A stretch of 64,000 nucleotides of DNA from a virus (Duplodnaviria; Caudoviricetes), in IMG/VR virus record IMGVR_UViG_3300028580_000062, positions 1 through 64,000 of that record; one strand, 5' to 3'. Position numbers and translations under genes: made by a program. Position 1 is the stretch's first letter; each line of letters starts with the position of its first letter. Under the pieces are notes generated by a model that saw only the letters and a program-made list of their open reading frames with translations, searched no databases and was not told the origin of the DNA. Shown in pieces: positions 46,533-56,596 of this stretch.

Positions 46533-46563
46533 TGAAATCCGCCGGAAATGTCCGCAAATGTCC
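46533..46563 (+). promoter_or_regulatory. 31-bp putative late-activator site, copy 2
   Basis: Identical to 46129-46159; directly upstream of the packaging HNH gene. Confidence 0.55.
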
Positions 46564-46610
46564 GGATTGCATATGTGCTATGTTAAAGTCAGCAAGAACC
46601 GGAGGGAAGC

Positions 46611-46976
46611 ATGCCATACAAACCGTATGTTCCCTGCAGGCACCCAGGCTGCAGTGCACTGGTACCTCCAGGGCAGAAGTATTGTGAAGCACACAAGCCA
46701 CTGCACCCAGAGGAAGTACGTGCTGCATCCAAGCGTGGATACAACGCACGGTGGGAGAAGGAAAGCAAACGGTTCTTGGTTGAGCATCCACTCTGTGTCA
46801 GATGCATGAGAAAGAATCCACCAAGGTATGTCAAAGCAACAGTTGTGGATCATATCATTCCTCATCGCGGTGATCCAACCCTGTTCTGGGATGAATCGAA
46901 CTGGCAACCTCTGTGCAAGAAGTGTCATGATCAAAAAACAAGAAATGAAGAAGGAACACCAACGTATCACTATTGA
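46611..46976 (+). CDS. Packaging-associated HNH endonuclease
   Basis: PCRHPGC...LCVRC...ATVVDHIIPHRGD...NWQPLCKKCHDQKT. Confidence 0.9.
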   Translation: MPYKPYVPCRHPGCSALVPPGQKYCEAHKPLHPEEVRAASKRGYNARWEKESKRFLVEHPLCVRCMRKNPPRYVKATVVDHIIPHRGDPTLFWDESNWQPLCKKCHDQKTRNEEGTPTYHY

Positions 46977-47253
46977 TGAGGCCGGGGTTAAATCTCTGGA
47001 TGAAATTAGCCTTTTGACCGTCGCCCCCTCTCGCGTTAAAAATCGCGAAATTGTGAGGGGTGGGGTCTGGCTGGCCGGCAACAATACCGCAAAATGTACA
47101 GCCAGGGCTGAAAAAATGCGGTAACAGCGTGAGATTTGAAAATTGAATACATTTCATGACGGCAGTGATGGGACAAAATCCATCGCTGTCTTTTTATGTG
47201 GGTTCTGTTTTGAGTTTCGTGGACAACCGGAAGTTTCGTGGACAGGAGGATAC

Positions 47254-47559
47254 ATGGATCAGGAATATGAATCTCCAGATCTTTCAGAGTTTATCGCCGC
47301 CTGTGCGAAAGCGTTCTGTCCGGAGTGTGGAAAACCAATCGTACAAAACAGCAACGGCCGGCCGAAGAGCTTCTGCTCAAACCGATGCCGCTGGGCATTT
47401 CACAAAAGAATGGAACGCCGGAAGGCGAAGGAGGAACTAAATGAAAACAGCAGAGTTGAAAGTGCTGCCGGTGGCGAGCTTGAAGCCAGCGGAATACAAT
47501 CCGAGAAAGAAACTGAAACCAGGAGACAAGGAATATCAGAAGATCAAAGACTCGATTGA
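47254..47559 (+). CDS. Small zinc-ribbon protein
   Basis: GGAGG RBS; CPECG...FCSNRCR; overlaps the MTase start. Confidence 0.55.
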   Translation: MDQEYESPDLSEFIAACAKAFCPECGKPIVQNSNGRPKSFCSNRCRWAFHKRMERRKAKEELNENSRVESAAGGELEASGIQSEKETETRRQGISEDQRLD

Positions 47560-48706
47560 CGAGTTTGGATTTGCTGATCCACTGGTTGTGAATAAAGATA
47601 TGACGATCATCGGTGGTCACCAAAGACTGACAGTTGCTATGGATCTTGGATATACCGAAGTACCATGCGCCATTGTTGATGTGGATAAGGTCAGAGAAAA
47701 AGCTCTGAACATTGCACTCAATAAAATCACCGGTGCATGGGATGAGACAATGCTGGCAGATTTGTTGAAAGACATTCAGAACAGTAACTTTGATCTAGGT
47801 AAGACAGGATTTGAACCACCAGAGATTGAGCAGCTTTTTAACAAAGTCCACGATAAGGAAGTCAAAGAAGATAACTTTGATGTGGACCAGGAACTGGCAA
47901 AGCCGGTCATGAGTAAACTTGGCGACATGTGGTTCCTTGGAAAGCATAAAGTTCTCTGTGGTGATGCAACAGGTGCAGAGAACTATACCGCATTGATGGA
48001 TGGTGTGAAGGCAAACCTGGTATTAACAGATCCACCATATAACGTTGATGTCGAAGAGACTGCCGGCAAGATCATGAATGATAACATGGCAGATCAGGAC
48101 TTCTATAACTTCTTGTTATCCAGTTATCAGTGCATGATTGCTAACCTGGCAGATGATGGATCGATTTATGTATGGCACGCAGATACCGAAGGGTTGAACT
48201 TTCGTAAGGCATTCCAGGATGCAGGCTTCTATCTTTCTGGATGCTGCATCTGGAAGAAGAACTCCCTGGTATTAGGAAGAAGTCCATACCAGTGGATTCA
48301 TGAACCGTGCTTGTTTGGATGGAAGCAGAAGGGGACTCACAAGTGGTACAGCGATCGCAAGCAGACAACGGTGTGGGAATATGATAAGCCGCGCTCTAGT
48401 AAAGATCATCCAACCATGAAGCCTGTAGTACTGATGAGCTATCCGATTAAGAATAGCTCCGCAACAAACGGTGTTGTGTTAGATCCATTCCTTGGGTCTG
48501 GCAGCACTTTGATTGCATGTCAGGAAACAGATCGTGTCTGTCGTGGTATCGAACTTGATCCAAAGTATGTGGATGTGATCGTGAAGAGATTCATTGAACA
48601 TGAAGGTGGCAGTACAAAAGATGTGTATGTAATTCGTGGCGGTCAGAAACTTTCATACGAGGAAGTGGCAATTGAAGATAATTCTTCAGATAATTTGCAG
48701 AATTAA
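47441..48706 (+). CDS. ParB-like N-terminus + site-specific DNA methyltransferase
   Basis: AEYNPRK, IIGGHQR; TDPPYN, HPTMKP, DPFLGSGST. Confidence 0.9.
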   Translation: MKTAELKVLPVASLKPAEYNPRKKLKPGDKEYQKIKDSIDEFGFADPLVVNKDMTIIGGHQRLTVAMDLGYTEVPCAIVDVDKVREKALNIALNKITGAWDETMLADLLKDIQNSNFDLGKTGFEPPEIEQLFNKVHDKEVKEDNFDVDQELAKPVMSKLGDMWFLGKHKVLCGDATGAENYTALMDGVKANLVLTDPPYNVDVEETAGKIMNDNMADQDFYNFLLSSYQCMIANLADDGSIYVWHADTEGLNFRKAFQDAGFYLSGCCIWKKNSLVLGRSPYQWIHEPCLFGWKQKGTHKWYSDRKQTTVWEYDKPRSSKDHPTMKPVVLMSYPIKNSSATNGVVLDPFLGSGSTLIACQETDRVCRGIELDPKYVDVIVKRFIEHEGGSTKDVYVIRGGQKLSYEEVAIEDNSSDNLQN

Positions 48707-48789
48707 CTTTACTTCATTCGCCTTCAGAGTGATGTATGTACATGCCAAAAGAAACATGGTACATCGCAAAATGCGAAAGGAGAAAACAC

Positions 48790-49389
48790 ATGCCAAAGGC
48801 AAAAAAGAAATCCGAAGAATTAAGATTAAGCATTGAGCTTCCAATGAAAGGTCACACCGGGACTTCCTTGCGGAATCTTGTGAACCTGATGTATGCACGG
48901 GCAGACTTGCTTACCAAATCAACTGGTGGCAAGTTTGCGATCAACCGTTACTTAGTATCGGAACTTCAGAAGGACGCGAACACAAGCTCGACGATTAAAT
49001 TTAGGAATCGTATCCAGGAGTTCTTATCCAAAGAGAGTGATGGCATTGTTGGGCTTGAATTTACTGAAACAAAGGTCTGCTTCACTGGCTTCCCACAGAC
49101 ATCAAATCCAGATGAGATCAAAGCATTTACTCAACTGGCCTCGATGATGAATCAATCCGCACTGAACCAGAAAAGAATTCTTGCAAAGGAAGTCAATGAG
49201 GAAAACGAGAAGTATGCATTCCGCATCTGGCTGATCCGGCTTGGAATGAATGGTGACCAGTACAAGACATCCAGAAAAGTTCTTCTAAAGAATCTGAGTG
49301 GACATGCTGCATTCCGCACACCAGATCAGCTTGAAGCAGCTAAGGCAAAGCATAAGGAAGAAGGGAAACAAGATGAGACTTCCAAGTGA
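48790..49389 (+). CDS. Phage accessory protein
   Basis: ENEKYAFRIWLIRLGMNGDQYKTSRKVLLKNLSG, a motif typical of this phage family. Confidence 0.7.
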   Translation: MPKAKKKSEELRLSIELPMKGHTGTSLRNLVNLMYARADLLTKSTGGKFAINRYLVSELQKDANTSSTIKFRNRIQEFLSKESDGIVGLEFTETKVCFTGFPQTSNPDEIKAFTQLASMMNQSALNQKRILAKEVNEENEKYAFRIWLIRLGMNGDQYKTSRKVLLKNLSGHAAFRTPDQLEAAKAKHKEEGKQDETSK

Positions 49390-49591
49390 GGCACAGATTG
49401 AAAGTCTGCGAAAACAGTATCCTGCCGGCAGCCGAGTGAAGTTAGTTGCCATGGATGATCCACAAGCACCAGCAGTTGGAACCGAAGGAACAGTGATCGG
49501 CGTTGATGATGTTGGCTCGATCATGGTTGCATGGGACACCGGCAGCACGCTGAGTGTTGCACTAGGTGTTGATATATGTGCACGAGTCTAG
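49373..49591 (+). CDS. DUF4314 family protein
   Basis: YPAGSRVKL..MDDP..P..GTEGTV..VDD.GSI.V.WD.GS. Confidence 0.85.
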   Translation: MRLPSEAQIESLRKQYPAGSRVKLVAMDDPQAPAVGTEGTVIGVDDVGSIMVAWDTGSTLSVALGVDICARV

Positions 49592-49675
49592 ACACACTGC
49601 GGTATGTGTATCATCCAATTCTCCTTGATAAGAGCGAATATGAAGATGCCAAAGGAATGGCAAGGAGAAAATACT

Positions 49676-49882
49676 ATGGACTGCATTAAGGTAAACAACG
49701 AATTCATTATCAGATGTGAAGAGCAACTTGGCTTCCGTTACACTGCTTCACTGGATGAAACCAACAAGGCAAACAAGATCGCATTCGAAGGTTTCACAGA
49801 AGCATTGCGGAGCTTGGGCTTTGAGTGGATGATTGACCGCAAGACTGGTGAAGCAAGGATCTGGCATACGAACGAATATTAA
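49676..49882 (+). CDS. Small accessory protein
   Basis: AAGGAG RBS in the repeated leader. Confidence 0.6.
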   Translation: MDCIKVNNEFIIRCEEQLGFRYTASLDETNKANKIAFEGFTEALRSLGFEWMIDRKTGEARIWHTNEY

Positions 49883-49979
49883 TTCGATAGTGTAGACACA
49901 CTTCAAACTGTGTATCATCCAATACCGCTTGACCTATGGCAATATGAACATGCCAAGGGAAGGCAAGGAGGAAACAACA

Positions 49980-50210
49980 ATGTGGAACAAGGGAACAGTA
50001 AAGGTTAACGGAAACAGCTACACTTACACAGCTAAGGTATTCGATGAAGATTCAGACTTCGGAATCGACTGCGGTAGGGTTTCAATCCTATCCATTAGAA
50101 ACACAGAGGAGAAGGAAGTCGTTAGTTACTACCGCGGCTGGGACATCATGCCAAGGGGTGAAGAAATTACAAAGGCTTATGACGAAGTTATGAGCATCAT
50201 CACAAAGTAA
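49980..50210 (+). CDS. Small accessory protein
   Basis: AAGGAGG RBS; FGIDCGRVSIL...YYRGWDI. Confidence 0.7.
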   Translation: MWNKGTVKVNGNSYTYTAKVFDEDSDFGIDCGRVSILSIRNTEEKEVVSYYRGWDIMPRGEEITKAYDEVMSIITK

Positions 50211-50222
50211 GAGGACGCCAAA

Positions 50223-50576
50223 ATGAAATACACAATCAAGGAAATAGAGAATGCAAAGCAGGGAATGAACTGGAAAGACATCGGTGTGCAATACACACTT
50301 GGCCAGGCTTACCTTTGGAGCAGAGATGCAGGAAACGAACTGCCAAACTTCGCTGAGGTCATTTGGGATTATGACATTGAAGAAATTATCGACAATTGCC
50401 GCAGACTTGGTGTAAAGGAATTTACCATCAGCTCAACATTCTCCAGCCTAATTCAAACGATCGCAAAGTTCGAGGAACTTGGATGCACGCTTGACGGGAT
50501 CGTCAAGATCAAAGACCGCTACCATTTTGGAAGCAATCAGGAATTGATTCCTGCCTTCAAGATGACAGTAAGATAA
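50223..50576 (+). CDS. Phage accessory protein
   Basis: GAGG RBS; GVKEFTISSTFS motif. Confidence 0.7.
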   Translation: MKYTIKEIENAKQGMNWKDIGVQYTLGQAYLWSRDAGNELPNFAEVIWDYDIEEIIDNCRRLGVKEFTISSTFSSLIQTIAKFEELGCTLDGIVKIKDRYHFGSNQELIPAFKMTVR

Positions 50577-50696
50577 GCTCCACATTAAATTTGAAAATTC
50601 CGAGATAAGAGCTGAGGCTCTTTCTCTCGTATAGATAGATTACAAGGTCAGCCGATAAAGCTGACTTTTTGTTTTGGAAGAAGGGAGGGAGGCCAT

Positions 50697-51170
50697 GTGG
50701 CAACCAGAGGAAGAAAGCCAACACCAACTGCAATCAAAATGCTGGAAGGCAATCCTGGGAAGCGGCCCATGAATGAATCCGAGCCAAAGCCACTGAAGAA
50801 AGCACCTAGTTGTCCGAAATGGCTAGAGCCTGAAGCGAAAAGAGAGTGGCGCCGGCTGGCAAAACAAATGGAATCAATCGGTATTCTAACCGATGTGGAT
50901 ATGGCCGCCTTTGCCGGATACTGCCAAGCCTATGCACGGTGGAAAGAGGCAGAAGAGTTTATTACTCAGCACGGAACGATTGTCCGGACTCCCTCTGGAT
51001 ACTGGCAACAGGTGCCGCAGGTATCGATTGCCCAGACCTATCTAAAAGTGATGAGTAAGTTTGCGGAACAGTTCGGTCTTACGCCAGCGGCCCGCAGCAG
51101 AATTGTTGCGGATAACAGCGTGAATAATCCTTCCGATGAGATGGAACAGCTCCTCGGAGGCGATGACTGA
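50697..51170 (+). CDS. terS: Terminase small subunit (P27 family)
   Basis: GRKPTPT..K.LEGNPGKR...FGLTPAARSRI. Confidence 0.92.
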   Translation: MATRGRKPTPTAIKMLEGNPGKRPMNESEPKPLKKAPSCPKWLEPEAKREWRRLAKQMESIGILTDVDMAAFAGYCQAYARWKEAEEFITQHGTIVRTPSGYWQQVPQVSIAQTYLKVMSKFAEQFGLTPAARSRIVADNSVNNPSDEMEQLLGGDD

Positions 51171-52786
51171 TGGAGCAAAGACCAAAGAACTATCCAAAAT
51201 TAAAGAACTACCACCCAACTCGATTCATGCTGCCGACAAGTCACTATGATCCATCGAAAGCAGATCGTGCGGTGAAATTTATAGAGAACCTGAAACACAC
51301 CAAAGGGAAGTGGGCTGGGAAACGATTCTGGTTACTTCCATGGCAGGAACAGTGTATCCGTGATGTCTTTGGCATCGTGGATGCAAACAAGCATCGTCAG
51401 TTTCGAACTGCATACATCGAGATTGGAAAGAAGAATGGCAAGTCAGAACTGGCTGCTGCTGTCGCCCTGTACCTTCTGTATGCAGATAACGAACCATCCG
51501 CTGAAGTGTATGGTGCTGCCGCTGATCGCCAACAGGCATCCATTGTATTTGATGTGGCACACCAGATGGTTAAGATGACGCCGGCATTGCTGAAGCGGTC
51601 AAAGATCATGGCGGCAACCAAGCGGATCGTGAACTATACCAATACCGGGTTCTATCAGGTCCTGTCTGCGGAAGTTGGTACCAAGCACGGCTTGAATGTC
51701 TCAGGTCTAGTTCTCGATGAAGTACACGCACAGCCGAATCGGAAACTCTATGATGTATTAACGCAGGGTTCTGGTGATGCAAGAGAGCAGCCACTGTACT
51801 TTTTAATCACGACAGCCGGCACGGATAAAGAATCCATCTGTTATGAGTTACATTCCAAGGCACTGGATATCTTGGCTGATCGCAAGGTGGATCATACGTT
51901 TTATCCAGTTGTCTATGGATTGACCGATGAGGATGATTGGCATGATGAAAAGAACTGGTATAAAGCGAACCCTTCCCTGGGACAGACGATACAGATCGAT
52001 CGAGTTAGGGATATGTATCACGAGGCATTGGATAATCCAGCCGAAGAAAATGTGTTCAAACAGTTACGTCTTAATATGTGGGTTTCAAGTATAACGAGAT
52101 TCATACCTGAGCAGATCTACGACAAAGGAAATCTGCCAATTGATATGGCATCCCTGGAAGGCCGAGATTGTTATGGCGGCTTAGATCTATCGAGTACAGG
52201 AGACATCACAGCACTTGTTTTGATGTTCCCACCGCGTAATGAGAGTGAGAAGTATGTCATGCTTCCATTCTTCTGGGTCCCAAAGGACACGATTCCTTTG
52301 CGGGTTCGTCGTGGTTCGGTTCCATATGATGTCTGGCATCAACAAGGTTTTCTGCAGGCAACGGAAGGAAATGTGATTGATTACAACTTCATCGAAACAT
52401 TTATCCAAAAGCTGTATGAAAAATATCACATTCTAGAGATCGCCGTTGACCGTTGGAATGCTACACAGCTGATTCAGAACCTTACGGATGATGGTTTTAC
52501 GATGGTGCCTTTTGGCCAGGGTTTTAAGGATATGAGTCCTCCAACCAAGGAGTTCTATAAACTTTTGATGCAAGGACAGATCATTCACGGTGGCAATCCT
52601 GTCATGCGATGGATGAGTGGAAATGTCGTAGTAGATCGGGATGCCGCAGAAAACATCAAACCAACGAAGGCGAAGTCGCCGGAAAAGATTGATGGAATCG
52701 TGGCTGCAATCATGGCACTCGATCGTTGTATTCGTCATGAGAATCAAAGCAGCGTCTATGATGACCGCGGCTTATTGATATTTTAA
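51170..52786 (+). CDS. terL: Terminase large subunit
   Basis: IGKKNGKS, VLDEVH, GGLDLS, KIDGIVA. Confidence 0.95.
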   Translation: MEQRPKNYPKLKNYHPTRFMLPTSHYDPSKADRAVKFIENLKHTKGKWAGKRFWLLPWQEQCIRDVFGIVDANKHRQFRTAYIEIGKKNGKSELAAAVALYLLYADNEPSAEVYGAAADRQQASIVFDVAHQMVKMTPALLKRSKIMAATKRIVNYTNTGFYQVLSAEVGTKHGLNVSGLVLDEVHAQPNRKLYDVLTQGSGDAREQPLYFLITTAGTDKESICYELHSKALDILADRKVDHTFYPVVYGLTDEDDWHDEKNWYKANPSLGQTIQIDRVRDMYHEALDNPAEENVFKQLRLNMWVSSITRFIPEQIYDKGNLPIDMASLEGRDCYGGLDLSSTGDITALVLMFPPRNESEKYVMLPFFWVPKDTIPLRVRRGSVPYDVWHQQGFLQATEGNVIDYNFIETFIQKLYEKYHILEIAVDRWNATQLIQNLTDDGFTMVPFGQGFKDMSPPTKEFYKLLMQGQIIHGGNPVMRWMSGNVVVDRDAAENIKPTKAKSPEKIDGIVAAIMALDRCIRHENQSSVYDDRGLLIF

Positions 52787-52800
52787 GAAAGGAGTCATGC

Positions 52801-54159
52801 ATGGGAATAAAAAGATTACTTGGTTTATCCAGTGCAAGAGATACACTGCAGGAAATTGTACCTGAGGTCACAGACAATGTACGTGATTCAGGACAGACAT
52901 TCCTGTTTGGTAGAGCGGACAGTGGCGAACGAGTGGATGAGAAATCAGCGATGCAGATTGCAGCAGTTTATGCATGTGTCCGACTGCTTTCTGAAACAGT
53001 CGCAAGTTTGCCTTTGCGAATGTATAAGTTCACGGATGAATCGGAGAATGGAAAAGAGCGTGCAAGGGATCATCCTTTGTATAAAATTCTATACCGCCAA
53101 CCAAATCCTGAGATGACAAGTTTTTCCTTCTGGGAATTGTGTCTCACCCATTTATTACTGTGGGGCAACTTTTATGCACAGATCATTCGTGACGGGAAGA
53201 ATAACATTCTCGCACTCTATCCGTTGTATCCAGAAAACGTGGAAGTGGATCGAGATGAACATGGAGATATTTATTATATCTATCATGCCTATACCGATGA
53301 GGTGCCAGGTGATAAGAACAAGGATCTGTATTTCAGAAGAGACGAGATCTTCCATGTACCAGGACTTGGATTTAATGGCTTAGTTGGTTTCTCACCAATT
53401 GCCATGATGAAGAATGCTCTAGGTACAACACTTGCAGTTGAAAAGTATGGATCATCCTTCTTCCGTAATGGAGCACAGCCAAGTGGTGTCTTGGAACATC
53501 CAGGTGTGTTGAAGAATCCAGAAAAGATTAGAGAGAACTGGTCTGATGTATATGGCGGTGCAAGTAATGCACATAAGGTAGCCGTGCTTGAAGAAGGCAT
53601 GACCTATAAACCAATATCCCTGCCTCCGGAGGACTCGCAGTTCCTTTCCGTGAGGCAGTTTTCAGTTGAGGAGATTTGCAGAGTGTTCCGGGTTCCACCA
53701 CATATGGTGCAGGATTTGGATCATGCGACCTTCTCCAACATTGAGCATCAGTCCATCGACTTTGTGGTTCATACGCTGACACCTTGGCTTGTCCGCATTG
53801 AGCAGGCGATTGTGAAGGATCTTTTACTGGAATCGGAGCAGGACACCTACTTTCCGAAATTCAACGTGGACGGCCTTTTACGGGGCGATTATCAAAGCCG
53901 GATGAGTGGGTATGCAACAGGAATCAGTAATGGCTTCCTTTCACCGAATGATGTCCATCGTTTAGAAAACATGGATCTGATTCCAGCAGAAAAGGGTGGC
54001 GATGATTACTACCTCAATGGTGGTTATGTCCGTTTGGAGGATGCCGGCAAGTCTGGTGCTGCCAGCACTGGTCAGGCAAGTGCCAATGACACCGATAGCA
54101 CGGGTGACAATGTCACACAGAACAAGAAGAAAGGGACGAAGTCCCCGAGGAGGAAATGA
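52801..54159 (+). CDS. HK97-family portal protein
   Basis: AVYACVRLLSETVASLP, LLWGNFYA, ICRVFRVPP. Confidence 0.95.
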   Translation: MGIKRLLGLSSARDTLQEIVPEVTDNVRDSGQTFLFGRADSGERVDEKSAMQIAAVYACVRLLSETVASLPLRMYKFTDESENGKERARDHPLYKILYRQPNPEMTSFSFWELCLTHLLLWGNFYAQIIRDGKNNILALYPLYPENVEVDRDEHGDIYYIYHAYTDEVPGDKNKDLYFRRDEIFHVPGLGFNGLVGFSPIAMMKNALGTTLAVEKYGSSFFRNGAQPSGVLEHPGVLKNPEKIRENWSDVYGGASNAHKVAVLEEGMTYKPISLPPEDSQFLSVRQFSVEEICRVFRVPPHMVQDLDHATFSNIEHQSIDFVVHTLTPWLVRIEQAIVKDLLLESEQDTYFPKFNVDGLLRGDYQSRMSGYATGISNGFLSPNDVHRLENMDLIPAEKGGDDYYLNGGYVRLEDAGKSGAASTGQASANDTDSTGDNVTQNKKKGTKSPRRK

Positions 54160-54989
54160 TGAAGAAGTTTTGGAATTGGATTCACGATGATAGCGGAGGT
54201 CGTGTATTACGACTAGAAGGACCAATCGATGAAGATTCAATCTGGGGTGATGAAGTAACCCCACAGGCATTCCGCGAAGAGCTGAATTCGGAAGAAGGAG
54301 ATGTGACAGTCTGGATCAATAGTCCGGGTGGTAATGTCTTTGCGGCAGCTGAGATCTATACGATGCTGCAGGATTATCCAGGTGCGGTGACTGTCAAAAT
54401 TGCTTCGATTGCAGCATCAGCTGCTTCGGTTGTTGCCATGGCAGGTTCCAAGGTGTTGATGTCTCCAACGGCACTGCTAATGATCCATGATCCAGCGACC
54501 ATTGCAATGGGCAATGCCAAGGATATGGAGAAGGCAATCGACACACTGAATGAAATAAAGGAAAGTATTATCAATGCCTATACCGCTAAGTGTGGCCTTT
54601 CGAGAAAAAAGGTCGCTGATCTGATGAGCAACGAAACTTGGATGAATGCAAAGAAAGCAGTGGAGTTGGGATTTGCTGATGAAATCTTGTACGAGGATAA
54701 AAAAGCCCCGGAAGAAGATTCAGAGGAAGATCCTGAAGATCCAGAAGAACCCGAGGAAGATCCAGAAGAAGATCCACAGAAGAAAAAGATCATTATTCCT
54801 GGTGCGGAAGCACATATGTATTCCAGCCGGAAGATGGATCTGGCAATTCTGAATCGGCTTGTCACTGAGGCATCTGGTGATGACGTAAAGCCAAAACCAG
54901 AAGAACCAAAGATCGGTATGAATGGTACTACCGCAGATGGCAGTATGCCATATGAGATTTTGAAACGACAGCTAGATTTCCTGAAATAA
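54156..54989 (+). CDS. ClpP-type head maturation protease
   Basis: INSPGGNVF, AASAAS, LMIHDP, ETWM. Confidence 0.92.
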   Translation: MMKKFWNWIHDDSGGRVLRLEGPIDEDSIWGDEVTPQAFREELNSEEGDVTVWINSPGGNVFAAAEIYTMLQDYPGAVTVKIASIAASAASVVAMAGSKVLMSPTALLMIHDPATIAMGNAKDMEKAIDTLNEIKESIINAYTAKCGLSRKKVADLMSNETWMNAKKAVELGFADEILYEDKKAPEEDSEEDPEDPEEPEEDPEEDPQKKKIIIPGAEAHMYSSRKMDLAILNRLVTEASGDDVKPKPEEPKIGMNGTTADGSMPYEILKRQLDFLK

Positions 54990-55036
54990 GGAACTAGCTG
55001 TTTTTTGTTACTCAACTTTTGAAGGAGGAAAAAACA

Positions 55037-56242
55037 ATGAGTAAGATTATTGATTTGCGCAATAAGCGTAATACCCTCTGGGAGCAGACAAAAGCTTTCC
55101 TGGAGGAACACAGAGACGAGAATGGTCTCGTCGAAAGCTCTGCTGTAGAGCAGTACAACAAAATGGCTTCTGACGTTAAGGCACTTGGTGATGAGATCGA
55201 ACGTCTGGAGAATCAGGCAGAAATTGATGCAAAGCTGGCCGCACCAACTTCTATGCCAGTACATGCAGATGTGAAGACAGGCAGCAAGAAAAACACTTCT
55301 CCAACAGCGACTGCAGAATACAGTGATGCATTCTGGAATATGCTGAGAAACCGTGGCAACTACGCTGAAGTCATGGATGCACTGTCTGTCGGTGAAGATC
55401 CAAAGGGTGGTTATACTGTCCCGGATGAATTTGAAAAGCAGCTGGTTGAATCCTTGGAAGAGAATGATATCTTCCGTTCTTTAGCCACTGTCATCAAAAC
55501 ATCTTCTGGCACAAGAAAGATTCCGATTGCAGAAGATTCTGGTGAAGCAAGCTGGATCGATGAAGGTCAGGAAATTCCAGAAGCAGATACAACCTTTGGC
55601 CAGACAACTCTTGGTGCTTACAAGATGGGCACAATGATCAAGATTTCTAACGAACTGCTGAACGATTCTGCCTTTGACTTGGCATCTTATATTGCACGTC
55701 GGTTTGGTGTGCGTATGGGTAATGCAGAAGAAAAAGCATTCTTCACAGGGGATGGTCAGAACAAGCCACTCGGTCTGCTTGCAGATACAGGTGGAGCACC
55801 CGTTGGTGTTACGGCTTCTACTCAGACCTCCGTAAAGTTTGATGAAGTCTTCCAGCTTTACTATGCACTGAAGGCACCATACAGAAAGAACGCACAGTTC
55901 CTCTGCAATGAAGCACTTTTGCTGCAGCTGATGACCCTGAAAGATAAGAACGACAACTATATCTGGAAACCATCACTGGAAATTGGGAAACCAAATACAC
56001 TGCTTGGCCGTCCACTGGTAACAAGTTCTTATATGCCTGCAATTGCCGCAAGCGCAAAAGCACTGGTCTTTGGTGACTACAGTTATTACTGGGTTGCTGA
56101 TCGTCAGAGCAGAACCTTTAAGAGACTGAATGAGCTGTATGCTCGTACAGATCAGGTTGGCTTTATTTCTACTCAGAGAGTAGATGGCAAGCTGATCCTT
56201 CCTGAAGCAGTCCAGGTTCTGCAGATGAAGGCAACAGTCTAA
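55037..56242 (+). CDS. HK97-type major capsid protein
   Basis: GGYTVPDEF, ISNELLNDS, YIWKP, LVFGDYS. Confidence 0.95.
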   Translation: MSKIIDLRNKRNTLWEQTKAFLEEHRDENGLVESSAVEQYNKMASDVKALGDEIERLENQAEIDAKLAAPTSMPVHADVKTGSKKNTSPTATAEYSDAFWNMLRNRGNYAEVMDALSVGEDPKGGYTVPDEFEKQLVESLEENDIFRSLATVIKTSSGTRKIPIAEDSGEASWIDEGQEIPEADTTFGQTTLGAYKMGTMIKISNELLNDSAFDLASYIARRFGVRMGNAEEKAFFTGDGQNKPLGLLADTGGAPVGVTASTQTSVKFDEVFQLYYALKAPYRKNAQFLCNEALLLQLMTLKDKNDNYIWKPSLEIGKPNTLLGRPLVTSSYMPAIAASAKALVFGDYSYYWVADRQSRTFKRLNELYARTDQVGFISTQRVDGKLILPEAVQVLQMKATV

Positions 56243-56254
56243 GGAATGAGGTGA

Positions 56255-56596
56255 GTGATCGTGGCATTAATATCGCTTGATGAAGCAAAGGAGTATCTGC
56301 GAGTTGACTCGGCTGATGAGGATGCCACGATCAGCATCCTCTTATCTTCAGCCTCACGACTTTGCCAAGACGTGGGTAGATTAACGGAAGCACAATGGGC
56401 TGTCATTAATTCTGATGCTGAAAGCACAGATGCATATACCAAGGATGAACTTTTAGCAATTCGGGAAACGCTCAAAGTCGCAATTCTTTATGCACTTGCT
56501 TATTTGTTTGAACACCGAGAAGAGGCAGATCATCATGCATTGCAACTAACACTTCGGTCGATCTTGTTTGCGATCCGGGAGGGAGTCAATGAATGA
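56255..56596 (+). CDS. Head-tail connector (gp6-like)
   Basis: LDEAKEYLRVD...YLFEHRE. Confidence 0.85.
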   Translation: MIVALISLDEAKEYLRVDSADEDATISILLSSASRLCQDVGRLTEAQWAVINSDAESTDAYTKDELLAIRETLKVAILYALAYLFEHREEADHHALQLTLRSILFAIREGVNE

